From NCBI GenBank assembly GCA_051294375.1, contig CM119263.1, positions 2,842,326-2,906,325 on the forward strand: a DNA stretch of 64,000 bases. Direction: 5' to 3'. Below are positions 12,369-24,575 of this stretch, one piece after another (the first letter of the stretch is position 1; the number at the start of each line of letters is the position of its first letter). Source of the DNA: Paraspadella gotoi. Its lineage: Eukaryota; Animalia; Chaetognatha. The position numbers and the translations under genes are program-made. The notes beneath the pieces were generated by a model. It did no database searches. It saw only the letters and a list, made by a program, of their open reading frames with translations, and was not told where the DNA came from.

Positions 12369-15300
12369 TTAGGCTACGTATTGATAGGAATTGGCGTTGG
12401 ACGCGTCTCGCTCCATGTAGTCGCGATCGATGAGCGATTCGATGCGTTTCTTCAAATCCGCCGGTTTCACGGGAAACTTGAGCTGTTCGTACAGTTCCGT
12501 GATGAGGAGATTGTGCGTCAGCGTTTTCCGCATTTTCATGATGCGCACGATGGCCGCATCGATCTGGTATTGACGATCCTGCGCGCGAAGTTGGGGGAAT
12601 TGAAAAATATCATAAAAATAATTAAATTTGTCAAACAAATCAAATTCTATGACTGGTTTATTATAATCATAGAAAATCGTTATGGTTGGGAACTTGGGAC
12701 GGGGCGTGTTTTAAAGCAATTTGAAAATCAACTTAACAGTGACTGAAAAGTAATTTATTACCTGGAAAACCCGTTCGGTGGTATTGACGTTTTCTTCCTG
12801 CGTTTCCTTCAATTGGATCTGGTTGATCTTGATTCGGTAGAGTTTGTGTTTGAAGGCTATAACAAAACCAAGTAAATTTAATATTTACATTTATTTTAAG
12901 TCCCAGGTAACGAGCAACAAGGTTTTGTACCGGCGTTAAACAGAAAAGAGTCGGTCTTCTCGACGTCTTTGGACGCGGGCTTTTTGCTGATGACCCGCGC
13001 CTTGCCGCAAGCCAACGACTGCAGCGTTCTCTTCAGTTCCTCCTCCTCAATCCCCGTCGACTGCTTGAGCTCCTCGAACGCCAATTCCTCCTTCTCGTTG
13101 AAGTTAAGAAGGACGAGCGTTTGGAAGAGAGACACCTGGAGGCGAGAATTCGTTGTTATGGTCACCTCACTCTCTTTCTCTCGTTTTTTTATTATTTGTT
13201 ACATTTTTTTTTAATTCATATAATTTAAAGTTCATAACATCTATGTACATTTTTATACAGCACATCCAAAATTTTATTTTTTGATTGTAAATTTGATTAA
13301 ACACTAATAAGCTTAATTAATCTATCTCTTTCTCTCTTCTCTTCTCATCTATGTATAATAAAGTGGAGCACTCAGAACAAAAAATTTATTTGAATGATTG
13401 AACAAGAATATTTAGATGTGAGATTGTATGATTAACTAGTATGAAAAATATTTTGTTCATATCGTCTCGGGAACAATAGTAAAATATAATATATTTGTAG
13501 TAATATTCTTATAAATACTAAATTTTAAAAATATTTTTTTAAAACTTTTAATAAAGATTCAGATTCTTCATAAAAAGTTTTAATCAAAAATATAATACAT
13601 GTTATCAAATATTCTGTCGTTTAAAACGGGAAAAAAGGTAAAAATTCATAACTTTTTTATTCTCTGTAGTAAAAACTTTAATATGTTAAAATGTTTTAGT
13701 CATTTTTTGCGATCCAAACATTAAAATATTGTATAACATATCTTATAAAAGTTTTTTACTTTTTTACGGCGAATACAAATCTGTTCTTAAAAATTAAAAA
13801 ACATTATTTTGAAATTTAACGATTTTATTTGGATATTACTATATAAATAATTGAATTTACTATACTGTTATACTAAAAAAATTTTTAAAGGATTTAAAAT
13901 TCATTAATTACATAACCATAGGCAGCAAAAAAATAATGTTCAATCGCTCAATCTTTTCATCACACCACCCTAATTTATAATAACCGGAAAAAATTTAAAC
14001 CTATGTAGTAGGCATTCGTCACCTGCAATTCTTTTTTGCCAGCAGAAAAATCCGCTTTCAAAACGCAATGTCCGAGCGATGGCTGCCACTGCAACTTTCT
14101 CCCACTGTATTTTGAAAGGTAGAACTTCTTAAACACTTCCTGGTATTTAACCATTTCGGGTGGCATGTGTACTTCCATGGGAGTGTAAGTTGGCCAATGA
14201 CCCTGAATATTTGCGAAACATGTTAAAAAGATAACAAAAGAGATTGACAAATTCAAACTGGAATATACCATTGTTAAGATATTGACGGTTAAATCAATAT
14301 TCGAAGAAGAATCCACTGTAGTCAAGTGTTGCTTAAAATTCAACATGAAGTCCTTGGACAACTCCATGTCTTTAAACATTCCTTCAAGCTTCGAAGTAAA
14401 TCCTCCGCCGCATTCCTGTTAAGTGTTAGTGTTGGAGTGTTAGTGAATTTTGTCAGTCGAAAAACATTATCACGTCAAGATGTTTAGAGAAAACGGAAAT
14501 GTTAAATCCACAAGAGAAACCTGTTTAAGCTTAGACAGCATTGATTTCTCCGCGTCGACGCTCGCACTTTTCCCGACCAGCAATCTTTTCGCGAGATCTT
14601 TTTTGTAGAAGGCTTCGAACACGTCTTTCCCGTGAATGAAACGAAACAGGACCATAATCTTATCTAGCAGTCGTTCAAGTTCCTGTCGTGTATCGATATA
14701 AATAATTAACATCAGTAAAAATAAATAATTAATAAATAAAATAAAAACAGCAAAATACGGAGGCAATGCAGAATGACCTCTTCTGTTGCCTCCTTGTTGC
14801 CGGCGCGCAGTTTCGTATCAACGAATTTGGCAATAAGTTCTGCAGGTTTATTTATTCTTGCATTGATGCAACTTTCGAAACTTTCTTTCATTCCATTGAC
14901 GAATTTTTCGTTGGATTGAAAGCAGTTAAGTATGATTTGATCCAGTTTATCCTAGCAAGAAAGTTTATAAACGTTAAATTTCATCATATAATATACATTA
15001 TACAGTAAGGCGGGCCAAAATTGAACACTTTTTATAACTTTTAGTTCTCTCAAAATTTTTTTTCCCTTCTATTACTAAATCGATTTTCAATGCAACTTTT
15101 TGAATTAGTTCATTGGGTTGTTGTACTGAAGCTTTTAAATATTTATTAATATATAACAAATTCCTATTGAACTTGACAAGTTAAATGAAAGTAAGTACTA
15201 CAATTTTTTAAAATTTTGACAATAAATTGGTTAAAAATAGAAAAAACCTTTATCATCATCATCATTTTATAGTTTTTTAAAATTTTTATCAATAAAACAA

Positions 15301-17653
15301 AAATTTTTAAAAAAATTGGATTAATAACCTTTATCTAACTTTTAAAGCTCTATTAGAATCTATTAATTTTTTTTTTAAATTTAAAAAAATTTAAAACTAT
15401 ATATAGTAATAAAATAATCTTTAACTGCTTCTGTGCGCTTATCAATAAGATAAATTATAAAAATTATTTTAATTTTCATACTCTTTAACAGTCACTTAAC
15501 CATTATTTATTTGAGAGAACTTCTAGTCTTTAACCTGTTCCGGCCTAATATGTATACAGCTATTACAGCTAATGCTTTCATACGTACAATATTATTGTCA
15601 ATAAGTAATATCAAGTATTCTTTTTTAAATCCTTTTTAGTAAAAAAACGTTTGAAAAACATTTTTATAACAATGTATTGACAACTTATTAAATAATTGAA
15701 ACGAACCTTTAAATCTAGAAGTTCTTGTACCATCACCGGATCTTTTTCAGGGTTGACGACTATGCACCTTCCAGTCAGTTTTATGTACTTAGCGAAATAG
15801 GAGCAAAGTTGAGTGAGGCCGTCTTTGACGCGAGAAAGGAGGCTGTAGATAAGAGTGAGGTCCTGCGTTCGATTTTGCTCCAGCAATTGATCCAAACCCT
15901 AAAAAAAAAGTAATTTCGTTAAAACAGTAATTAAACTAAATTTACAATATGCAGTGAGATTGAACGATAAAATGAAGAATTCAAAATTTTGCCGAAAACT
16001 AATAACTGTCATCACTCAAAATTTAATGTGGTTAGTTCAGGAATATACTAAGTGACGATGAGAATAACATTGATACCAAAGTCAAAGGTATAATACAAGA
16101 AAATCATTAACTTTTTAATCCTATACACAAAAGTAATTTCCACCGAAGAAAACGAATTTTTTTAATAAAATCAATTCTGATTTCCTCCAAACTTGACTCA
16201 CCTTCTCAAGTAATTGTACGACATGCTCTTGGAGAAGTTGTTTCTCGACGCAGCCGATGAGCGGTTTACGGGTGCTAGGATCGAGGTAGTGAAGAAGCCT
16301 TTCGTTTTCCTCGCTCAAGCGCTTGTCAACGTGGGCGAGGTATTCCGGGACGTCCCGTTCCTGCATGAGTCGTTGACCTTCCAAAGCGTAAAGCCTGTCC
16401 GTCGCCTGCGGATTCGGGGGATTCACAATTCGGTCCAACGAAAGACCTTTGGTGTTTTTGACGTTCCAACCTGCAAGAACTTGGCTTCGAAGGCTTCCTG
16501 GTAAATCTGAAGATCGGAGAGCATTCGAAGGAGACTCTTCAATAGTGATCGATCCACGGTGTCTCCGTGTCGCTCTTTCTCAATGAGCAAGAGCAGGCCG
16601 TCGACGGTCCTCGTCTGGACGAGAGGGTGAGAGATGATGTGCAGACGGAAGAGGTCGAGGCCCATGTCCCAGATGGAGAGAATCGACGAGGTCTGCATAC
16701 AAAAGGTGTTTGGACATGATGTTGTTCTTGGGTCATTGCTGCATGTAAACCCAAAATCATTTCACCTGCAAGACGTAGGTTCTATCCAGGAACAAAAAGA
16801 TTGATCTAATCATGATCATTTGTCGGCAGTGAGCCTGCCAACAATGATCGATATCTTTCAAAAATAAAACACTTTCGGTCATATCTCCTATGAACTGATT
16901 CAGTCTCGTTTTCACGTGGTCTTCGCATTGGTTCTTCAGATTGTCGTACAAGGTGACGGACATTTTGTGCGAGCACATGTTTTCCACAGCTTGGTACAGT
17001 TCCTCCAAAGAATAGCGAATGGCGGTGCTGTTGTGGATGGCCTCGACGGATTCCTTTAGCTTTTTCCAGGTTTCCTCTTGGTAGTTTTCAGGAAGTTTGG
17101 GTTTCTCCTTGAAGTTTTTAATCACCAGTTTCTTAGCAACGCCGGGTTTGTTTCCGATGTTTGAATATCGGGTGATCCCGTTCGTGTTGGAGAGAGCGGA
17201 AAAACCCGCTGGGCGTTTAAGCTGCTCACCCATTCCGCTCCCCTTTGATCGCTTAGTCGGCGGTGAAGTTCCAGAAAATTCGGCTGAAGGTAAGAAACAA
17301 TAAGAATTTATGACAATAAAAATGAAAATATTGTGATGAAATGGTAAAATATTAAATCTAGTAAATAAATAAGAGAAGTAATAATAATAGTAATAATAAT
17401 AATAATAAATAGATAAGAAAAAAGAAATTTTAAGATCACATTATACAATAATAAAAGAAGCAACGGTTATGTAATTAAAGGACGTCTTTAGTTTAACTAA
17501 AAGTTATATCATAACAACAAATAATATTACATTTTATATTAATATTTCCTATTAAATGATAAATAATTTACCCGAGGCTCTTCGTTTCTTTGTGACAGAG
17601 TTTTCTGAACGACTTTCAATACCGTCCTCTTTGATTATTTTTGATAGTGGCAT
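12369..17653 (-). CDS. CUL4: Cullin-4 (CUL4A/B-like), ~796 aa, 12 coding exons: 17653-17572, 17283-16766, 16692-16471, 16405-16202, 15898-15707, 14951-14778, 14682-14521, 14415-14269, 14202-14023, 13135-12931, 12856-12762, 12578-12369
   Basis: Hallmark CUL4 peptides: [75 protein letters not shown], and C-terminal [20 protein letters not shown] (neddylation motif) ...[10 protein letters not shown]...YQYVA. Exon lengths sum to 2391 nt (797 codons) with GT-AG introns. The start codon is slightly uncertain because the frame stays open upstream of 17653. Confidence 0.96.
15009..15545. mobile_element. AT-rich non-autonomous DNA transposon (MITE, PIF/Harbinger Tourist-like), copy 1, in a CUL4 intron
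   Basis: Diverged reverse-complement copy of 34528-35166. Termini GGCGG...CGGCC with TAA on both sides (15006-08, 15546-48). Confidence 0.7.
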
Positions 17654-17819
17654 CAAGGTCCGCTTTTCAAAAGCTTTAACGCAAGGCTCTGGAAATTTAA
17701 ACGATAGTAAAATATATTACGCAAATAGTAGAATTATGCGAAGATATTATAAACACAAATTTAATACCCATATAAGTAAATAAAATAACCACTTAAAATA
17801 CTTATTAAAAAATTACTTA

Positions 17820-17935
17820 AATTACCCTAACCCTAAACCCTCTTTACCCTAACCACCACTAACCCTAAACCACCCCTAAACCATCCTTAACCCTACCACC
17901 TCCCTAACCCCGGTCGGCGAATGTTAAATTAACAC
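17820..17935. repeat. Degenerate CCCTAA (telomere-like) tract ending in ccccggtcggcgaa-tgttaaattaacac; partial copy of the element at 24152-24575
   Basis: Shares its terminal ~30 nt and the CCCTAA-like run with 24460-24578. Confidence 0.75.
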
Positions 17936-18939
17936 CAGTAATAAATAATCTAGAATAACCATAGCAAATTTATGAATACAAATCCAACTCTAATCCAAGA
18001 TTCCGAGGAATTACGTAACCCTCCCCGCGCCATGAGTCCATGACAAAAACCAACGTCCGTAAAAATACGTACGTGTCTAAAGCACGGGCGGTAGACTATC
18101 GACGGGGCACGTTCTCCGTAAAGGGTCGCGGTTACGGTTGCGCGGATGGAGCAGGGATTGGACGGGGATCGGAGAGACGAAGAGGGTTCATTTCGTAGAC
18201 GAGTTCGATGAATGAATGGAGAGAAGGAGACGAAAACGACGACAGAGACGGAGATGGTGCCGGTCACGTGGTCTCCGTCGATGAAGACAAATGAACAGTC
18301 GAGTCTAGACTCAAGACAGTCAATCAGTCAGGATTCAGTCCAGACAGAAGAGATCAGATTATGTTAATAACTTAATTGGTTACGCAATCAAGTCCATTCT
18401 TGTCTTGTGAAAATAAAAAATCTGATATTACTTTAGATTTATTTAACTTTTATATTTTTAGTTCTGAAAATCATCGGAATTGACATTTATATGAAAATTT
18501 TCTTTTATTTTGCTTTTATATATTTTTTTTCAGCGAAAAAAATATTTAATTTTTGATGATTAAACGTGTACACAATTTTCTTTATTGGTAATTCTGTAGA
18601 AAAAACAATAACTCAATGACTAGTTTTCCCGAGAAGCCGAGGATATTTTCGTAATCAAATCTGGGATTTTCTCTCCGTCTCCTTCGCGAGCAACGGAGAT
18701 TCTTGACGCGTAATCCCGCCGTCGCCGACGTCTGCCATCTGCCGTCCCAGCCAAACTGACCTTGGACGAAGGAAAGATATCTCTTCAAATTCCGGCAAGA
18801 AAAGCCGGAAATCTCGCCGTTTTTGACTCAAAAACTTGTCTGTTATATGTTTTAGATGTCGGATAATTTTCTTTCCTAATATTTTGTATTATCTTCCGTC
18901 ACCTGATCGTTTTTCACGTTGGTCACGTTTTCGTTACAG

Positions 18940-21751
18940 ATGCTCGCCATCCTTCCGACCATCCGAGGCGTCGGCCGATTTGGCGTCGCGGCCCACGCCT
19001 TGAGGAGGGCGAGGCATTTAGAAGCGTTGAACAATAAACTCTCCGTCAATTGCGCTAATTCTGTTCGGTATTATAATAAGGACTTGGACCATCACCGCCA
19101 ACTAACTCAACGGGAAGAAGACGAATACCATCGAAACACCTACGATTACCTTCCGGAGCCGAGGGGGTCTTGGGAGGAAGGGAATCGGCAACGTCAGAAG
19201 AAGTACAACACAATTCTCGCTGCCGGCGCCGCCACGTTTCTCGGCACTTTTCTCGCCGGTTTCGCGGTTCTCGGCAAAGATGCTTACTGGAACAACCCCC
19301 CTCATGAAGCGATCGGAGTCAATCCACCCGTCTTCACCCTCAAAGAAATGGAGGCCGAAGCTTTGGCGGCGGTAGGGGAAGAGGGCGCGGAGGAGGCGGA
19401 CGTGAATAATAGCAACGTCGCCTCCGTCGAAGAAAAGGCGGAGCCCGCGGCGGAGATCTCTACGGAAATGTCGGCGTCCGCCTCCGCCTCCGCCGAAGCA
19501 GAAATCCCCGTCGATGAGGCCGAAGACGCGGGGCCAGTTGTGGAGGAAGCGTCGCCCGAAGAGAAACCGGCCGACGTCCAGGCCGAGAAGGCGGTCGAGG
19601 CGCAAGAGACGCCGCCAGCTGCCCCAGCGACTCCGCCTCCCGTCCAGTCGACTCAAGTGGTGACGTCCCCAGGTACGATCGTGGTTATGACCCCTGGAGA
19701 TCCGTCGGCAGCAGCAGGTTCTGCGTCCCACTTGTTCAGATATCGTGACAATAGCAAGCAGAGTTGAACCAATCGCGAACGAAATTGCCTTCGTCTTGGT
19801 TTTAACATTTGGAATGTCTTTTTGACTACAAGATAATCAACAGTTCAACGCCGAATCATGCTAAAAACTGTTTTGATCTGTACTACTGTTCAAAATTTGC
19901 TAATTGTATTTATATAATAAAAAAATTGGTTTTCGATGATCAGCGGTTGATTGGTATAATTTTTACTAAACAATTTTCTCTAACTAATTTTTATTAAACT
20001 TGAGGAACCCGTTTTCTTTTTATACTTGCTGAATTAGTGGGATCAGAACTTGCAGTGCTGCCGCTACAGTTTCTCGAAATAAACTTCTCGTCTTCTTGCA
20101 CCAACTTTAAAAAACTGTTTCCGTCTTTCCTCAGAGGAAAAGACTTCCCTTCAAGATGCGATTCCCGATATTCCGTCCCACGTGCCTTACTTGCTTATTG
20201 GTGCAGGAACCGCTTCCTTCGCGGCATACAGGTACTCATAGAATATTGTTAATCTAAATGTTTTATTTACTTATAAAATTCACTCCTTCAGAGCGATCCG
20301 ATCCCGCGATCCCAAGGCGAAGGTGCTTCTCGTCGGCGAGGAGGATGTCCTGCCCTACATGCGCCCTCCCCTTTCCAAGGAATTGTGGTTCGGCGAAGAA
20401 GAGCCGGCGGATGACTCTCTCACCTTTAAGCAGTGGAATGGAAAGCGCCGGAGTCTCCTCTTCGAACCCGGCGCCTTTTATTGTAAACCTGGCGAACTTC
20501 CGGCCAAAGAAAATGGGGGCGTGGCCGTGTTGGCGGGAAAAAAGGTCATCAAGCTGGATCCCTCGACTCAGAAAGCCACGCTGGATGACGGGTCCCAGAT
20601 CCATTATGAAAAATGTTTGATCGCCACGGGTGGAACTCCGAGGTGAGTTGGTGACGGAGTTAAAAACTTGTGAACAAAATCTAACTTTTTACGATGATTT
20701 TTTTTTTCATTTCAGGAACGTCCCTGCTTTAGAAAACGGGGACAAAGGCTTCGAAGACCGCGTGACTCTCTTTAGAAAGGTCGAGGACTTTCACCGCCTT
20801 TACTCTATCGCCAAATCCAGCGGCCACATTGCGGTGATCGGCGGCGGATTCCTGGGCTCTGAACTCGCCTGCGCCCTGGGTCACGTGGCCAAGAAACGGC
20901 AGGGCGATCTGCGGGTGACTCAGCTCTTTCCAGAATCCGGGAACATGGCAAAGGTTCTCCCCGAGTATCTCTGCAAATGGACGACAAAGAAGGTTAAAGC
21001 TGAGGGCGTGGAAGTGGTGCCCAACGCCCACGTGACCAGCGCTGCCATCGAAGACCACAAAGTCAAACTCGTTCTCAACAACGGAGAGACTCTTCGCGTG
21101 GACCACGTCGTCTCCGCCGTCGGCATCGAACCCAACGTGGATCTGGCCAAGTCCGCCGGACTCGAAGTGGACGAGCATCTTGGCGGATTCGTCGTAAACG
21201 CGGAGCTCCAGGCCCGCGGCAACATCTGGGTCGCCGGCGACGCTTCCTGCTTCTACGACATCAAGCTTGGACGGCGCCGCGTGGAACATCACGACCACGC
21301 CGTTGTCAGTGGTCGGCTCGCCGGCGAAAACATGACGGGCGCCGCTAAACCATACTGGCATCAGTCCATGTTCTGGAGTGACTTGGGACCCGAAGTCGGC
21401 TACGAAGCCATTGGGATCGTCGACAGCCGATTGCCGACGGTCGGCGTCTTCGCCAAAGCGACAGAGCGCGACACACCCAAGGCCGTTGTCGAGGAGACGG
21501 GCGAAGGCTTACGGAGCGAGTCGGAAGCCGTCGCCGTCGCCAACGTCTCCGCTAACGCGGACGTCCCGGCCGTCGAAAAAGATGATTTCGGGAAGGGAAT
21601 CATTTTTTACATGAAACAGAAAACAATCGTGGGAATTGTCCTGTGGAACGTCTTCAACCGGATGCCCATCGCAAGGAAGATTCTCAAAGATGCCGAGGAG
21701 CATGAGGACATGAACGAAGTGGCTAAGTTGTTTAAAATCCACGAGTCATGA
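18940..21751 (+). CDS. AIFM1: Apoptosis-inducing factor 1, mitochondrial (FAD/NADH oxidoreductase), ~738 aa; exons 18940-19672, 20135-20231, 20292-20642, 20716-21751; N-terminal Deltameth_res/COX7B-like segment
   Basis: [18 protein letters not shown] (FAD binding), [37 protein letters not shown] (NADH binding), [53 protein letters not shown]. Exons sum to 2217 nt in frame. Basic presequence-like N-terminus. Confidence 0.96.
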
Positions 21752-22157
21752 ACCGGCCGTTCAGAATACGATTAAATAACGCGCGTTATCTAAGCATATA
21801 TTTTTTTTAGTTTAGAAAGGTGTCAGTTTTCATACATATCCGTGAAAGTCTAAGCAAGTTAATTCTTTATATATAATTTATAGCTCAATATTAATATTTT
21901 AGTAATAATTCGCATTATACTAGTTTAATTTTGATACTGTGATAAGGTGATCTCGTCATCAGATCTAAGAGGTAGCAATTCCAAAATCTGAGAATTCTTT
22001 TTTTTTTAAATCGAATCCCATGTTTTGCGCTATGAAATCTCCTCATCGACGTTGGCTGTTCATGAGCATTGTTTCACTTGTTGATTACTAATTAGGTATT
22101 TCGTGCAGGTCTTTTGACTTTTTTTCGTCGACGGCACATTTTTTGTAAAGCAGAATA

Positions 22158-23495
22158 ATGGCCGTTCCGCCTAGTTATTCGGACCTTGGCAAGGCCTCGA
22201 AAGATCTGTTAAACAAAGGCTACAATTATGGTAGCGCAAAGTTGGAGGTTAAAACGAAAACGTCCAACGGATTGGCGTTCACCGCCGGCGGTAGCTCAAA
22301 CCTCGCCTCTGGAAAAATCTCTGGCAACTTGGAGAGCAAATGGGGTTGCAAACAACACGGCGTGACAAGTAACACAAGTTAAAGTGATCTGTTCGTGAAC
22401 ATGGTTAATTAATAATTTTTTTGGGTCACAGTTACTAAAAAATGGAACACTGACAACGTCATTTCCTCGGAAGTTTCCGTCGAGGACAAGTTGGTTCAAG
22501 GGTTGAAGCTGACCTTGGAATCCTCCTTGTCGGCGCAGACCTGCGCCAAATCGGGCATGTTCAAAGCCGCCTTTAAGCGCGACTATCTCAACGTTGCCGC
22601 CGACGTCAACTTGACATCCGCTCCCGTTATTAACGGATCTTCAGTTTTTGGGTACCAGGGTAAGCCTCGTTTTATGTAATTACTATTACTGTATTTTAAA
22701 TAATTTTCTTATTTACTTTTAACTTTCTGGTGATTATGAAAAAAAAAGCTTTTCAACTTACACTTGTGGGCTTTTAGGTATCCTCGCCGGTTACCAGATG
22801 GCGTTTGACACGGGAAGCAACAAACTGACCAAAAGTAATTTCGCATTGGGCTACTGCGCGGGAGATCTTCAGATCCATTCTTGCGTCAACAACTGTTCCG
22901 AATTTTCTGGATCTCTCCATCAAAAAGTCAACCAGAATCTGGAAACTGCCCTGAACGTTTCTTACGTCAGGTACCCCGCAATTAATCATCGTTCTCTCAG
23001 TCCCAACCCGGTCCCTCCCCTCAGGGGGAAGCGTGAGACGGCCGGAATCGGCCTGGGGGGCGTAGCAACCCCCCAAGGCTAATTCCAAGCGGATTAAAGA
23101 AGTTACGAATAGTATTTAGCAGCCCACTAAGCTCCTTATCCACAGTCGTTTTAATATCCTAATCATTGGCCTTCACTCTCAGCGGTGCGACGCCAGCTTT
23201 CGCGCTCGCCGCCAAAATGGCCATCGATAAAGATGCCACCCTCCAGGCCAAAGTGAACAACGCCTGCCAAGTCGGAATTGCTTACGCGCAGGTGGGTTTG
23301 TTTTGCTTTAATTGGTTCCGCTCCGGCGAAGCTAATTGGTTCGTTTTTCATCCCAGGTTGTCAAAGCCCGGAGTTAAGCTTACCCTCTCTTCGATGGTCG
23401 ACGGAAAAAATTTCAACGCCGGCGGACATCAGATGGGAATCGGTTTGGATTTCACAAAAATTGGAAGTCGATGTGAAAAAAAAAATCGACGGTGA
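22158..23495 (+). CDS. VDAC: Voltage-dependent anion channel (porin), divergent; exons 22158-22368, 22432-22659, 22778-22970, 23183-23291, last exon from 23357 (+1 frame problem) or 23367
   Basis: MAVPPSYSDLGKASKDLLNKGY, KWNTDN, LAGYQMAFD, SNFALGY, AKVNN, KPGVKLTLSSMVDGKNFNAGGHQMGIGLDF. The first four exons splice in frame; the last junction needs one base fewer or an alternative acceptor. Confidence 0.92.
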
Positions 23496-24151
23496 AACTG
23501 TGCTGCTGTATAGCGAAATATCGTTGGTGAAGGCACGGTTGGTTGACGCGCTGGTTTTGTCAAACTACTTTTCGAACTCTGTGCATCCGAACTCTTTATT
23601 GTTTTTGAAATGCGCGTTAAACGATAGCGGTGAAAAACGTTAAAGAAACTTGTCAATGGTTACTAAAAATAGGAAACGTTTACCTTACTATTTTGTTTTA
23701 ACTCATAAGATTCCTTATAATATTTCGATGATTAAAATGCTTCATTACGTATTTTGTTCACATTTGAAATTTAATTTGACTTTATCAATGATAATATTCG
23801 TTTGTAAAGCAAAAAATACATGTTCTTGTGAAAGTTATTTTACCCCTATTTCCTTTCGATAGATTGATATATAGACTTAGTATACTATTTAAGTTTCATC
23901 TTTAGTTTTGTATCAGAAGTTTTGTTTTTATTCATTTCATGTCCTAAAGCAAAATATTATCTACTAAGTTACGATTGTTTTTTTTTACCGAGATGCAAAT
24001 GTACGCAAGGCTGATTAAGAATCCCATTTACGTACGTCATTGGCTATTTATTCATTTGATTAATCAGTATGTAATTGAGAGGGAACGGTTTATTTACGAA
24101 TGAATGGAGATCGTATGATTCTACATTTTTAATTTTACAAGAAAAAAAAGC

Positions 24152-24575
24152 TAAATTTTACTTTCGCCCACCGGGGATTTAGCGTATTTTAGAAAAATTA
24201 TTCATTGTATTATTCCTTTCTTTTTCGTTGAGTTTAGAGATTTAGAAAAAGTTTGAAAATTTGTTTCTTTGTTGTACATTACACAATGTATTATTTTGTC
24301 TCCTTTTCTCTCTCTCTCTCTCTCTCTCTTTCACCAATTGACCATTTCACTTCTTTTCACAACTGATCTGTCTTCCCCTTAAAAACTGTCCTCACCTTTT
24401 AACCACTATCTGTGTTGGAAACTTTTGCAATCTCTCTATTTCTAAAAAAAATATTACTTAATTACCTTAACTCTAAATTCTCTTAACCTTAATTACCTCT
24501 AACAATAAACCACCCTAAAACCACCTTTAACCCTAACCCTTAACCTCTAACCCCGGTCGGCGAAAGTAAAATTAA
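24152..24575. mobile_element. MITE-like element (~420 bp) with ~25-bp terminal inverted repeats and an internal degenerate CCCTAA array
   Basis: Left taaattttactttcgcccaccgggg is the near-perfect reverse complement of right ccccggtcggcgaaagtaaaattaa. The right end recurs at 17908-17935. Confidence 0.7.

Noticed and set aside
16406-16470. Apparent frame break in CUL4 between FEAKFLQ and ATDRLY
   Set aside because: Explained by an ordinary 65-nt GT-AG intron.
17824-17910. True telomere or chromosome fusion site
   Set aside because: Repeats are short, degenerate and bounded by a dispersed element terminus.
23051-23079. GC hairpin gcctgggggg-cgtagcaa-ccccccaaggc in VDAC intron 3 as a Helitron 3' end or structured ncRNA
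   Set aside because: Single short hairpin, no second copy in the window, no clear CTAG end or snoRNA boxes; cannot be supported.
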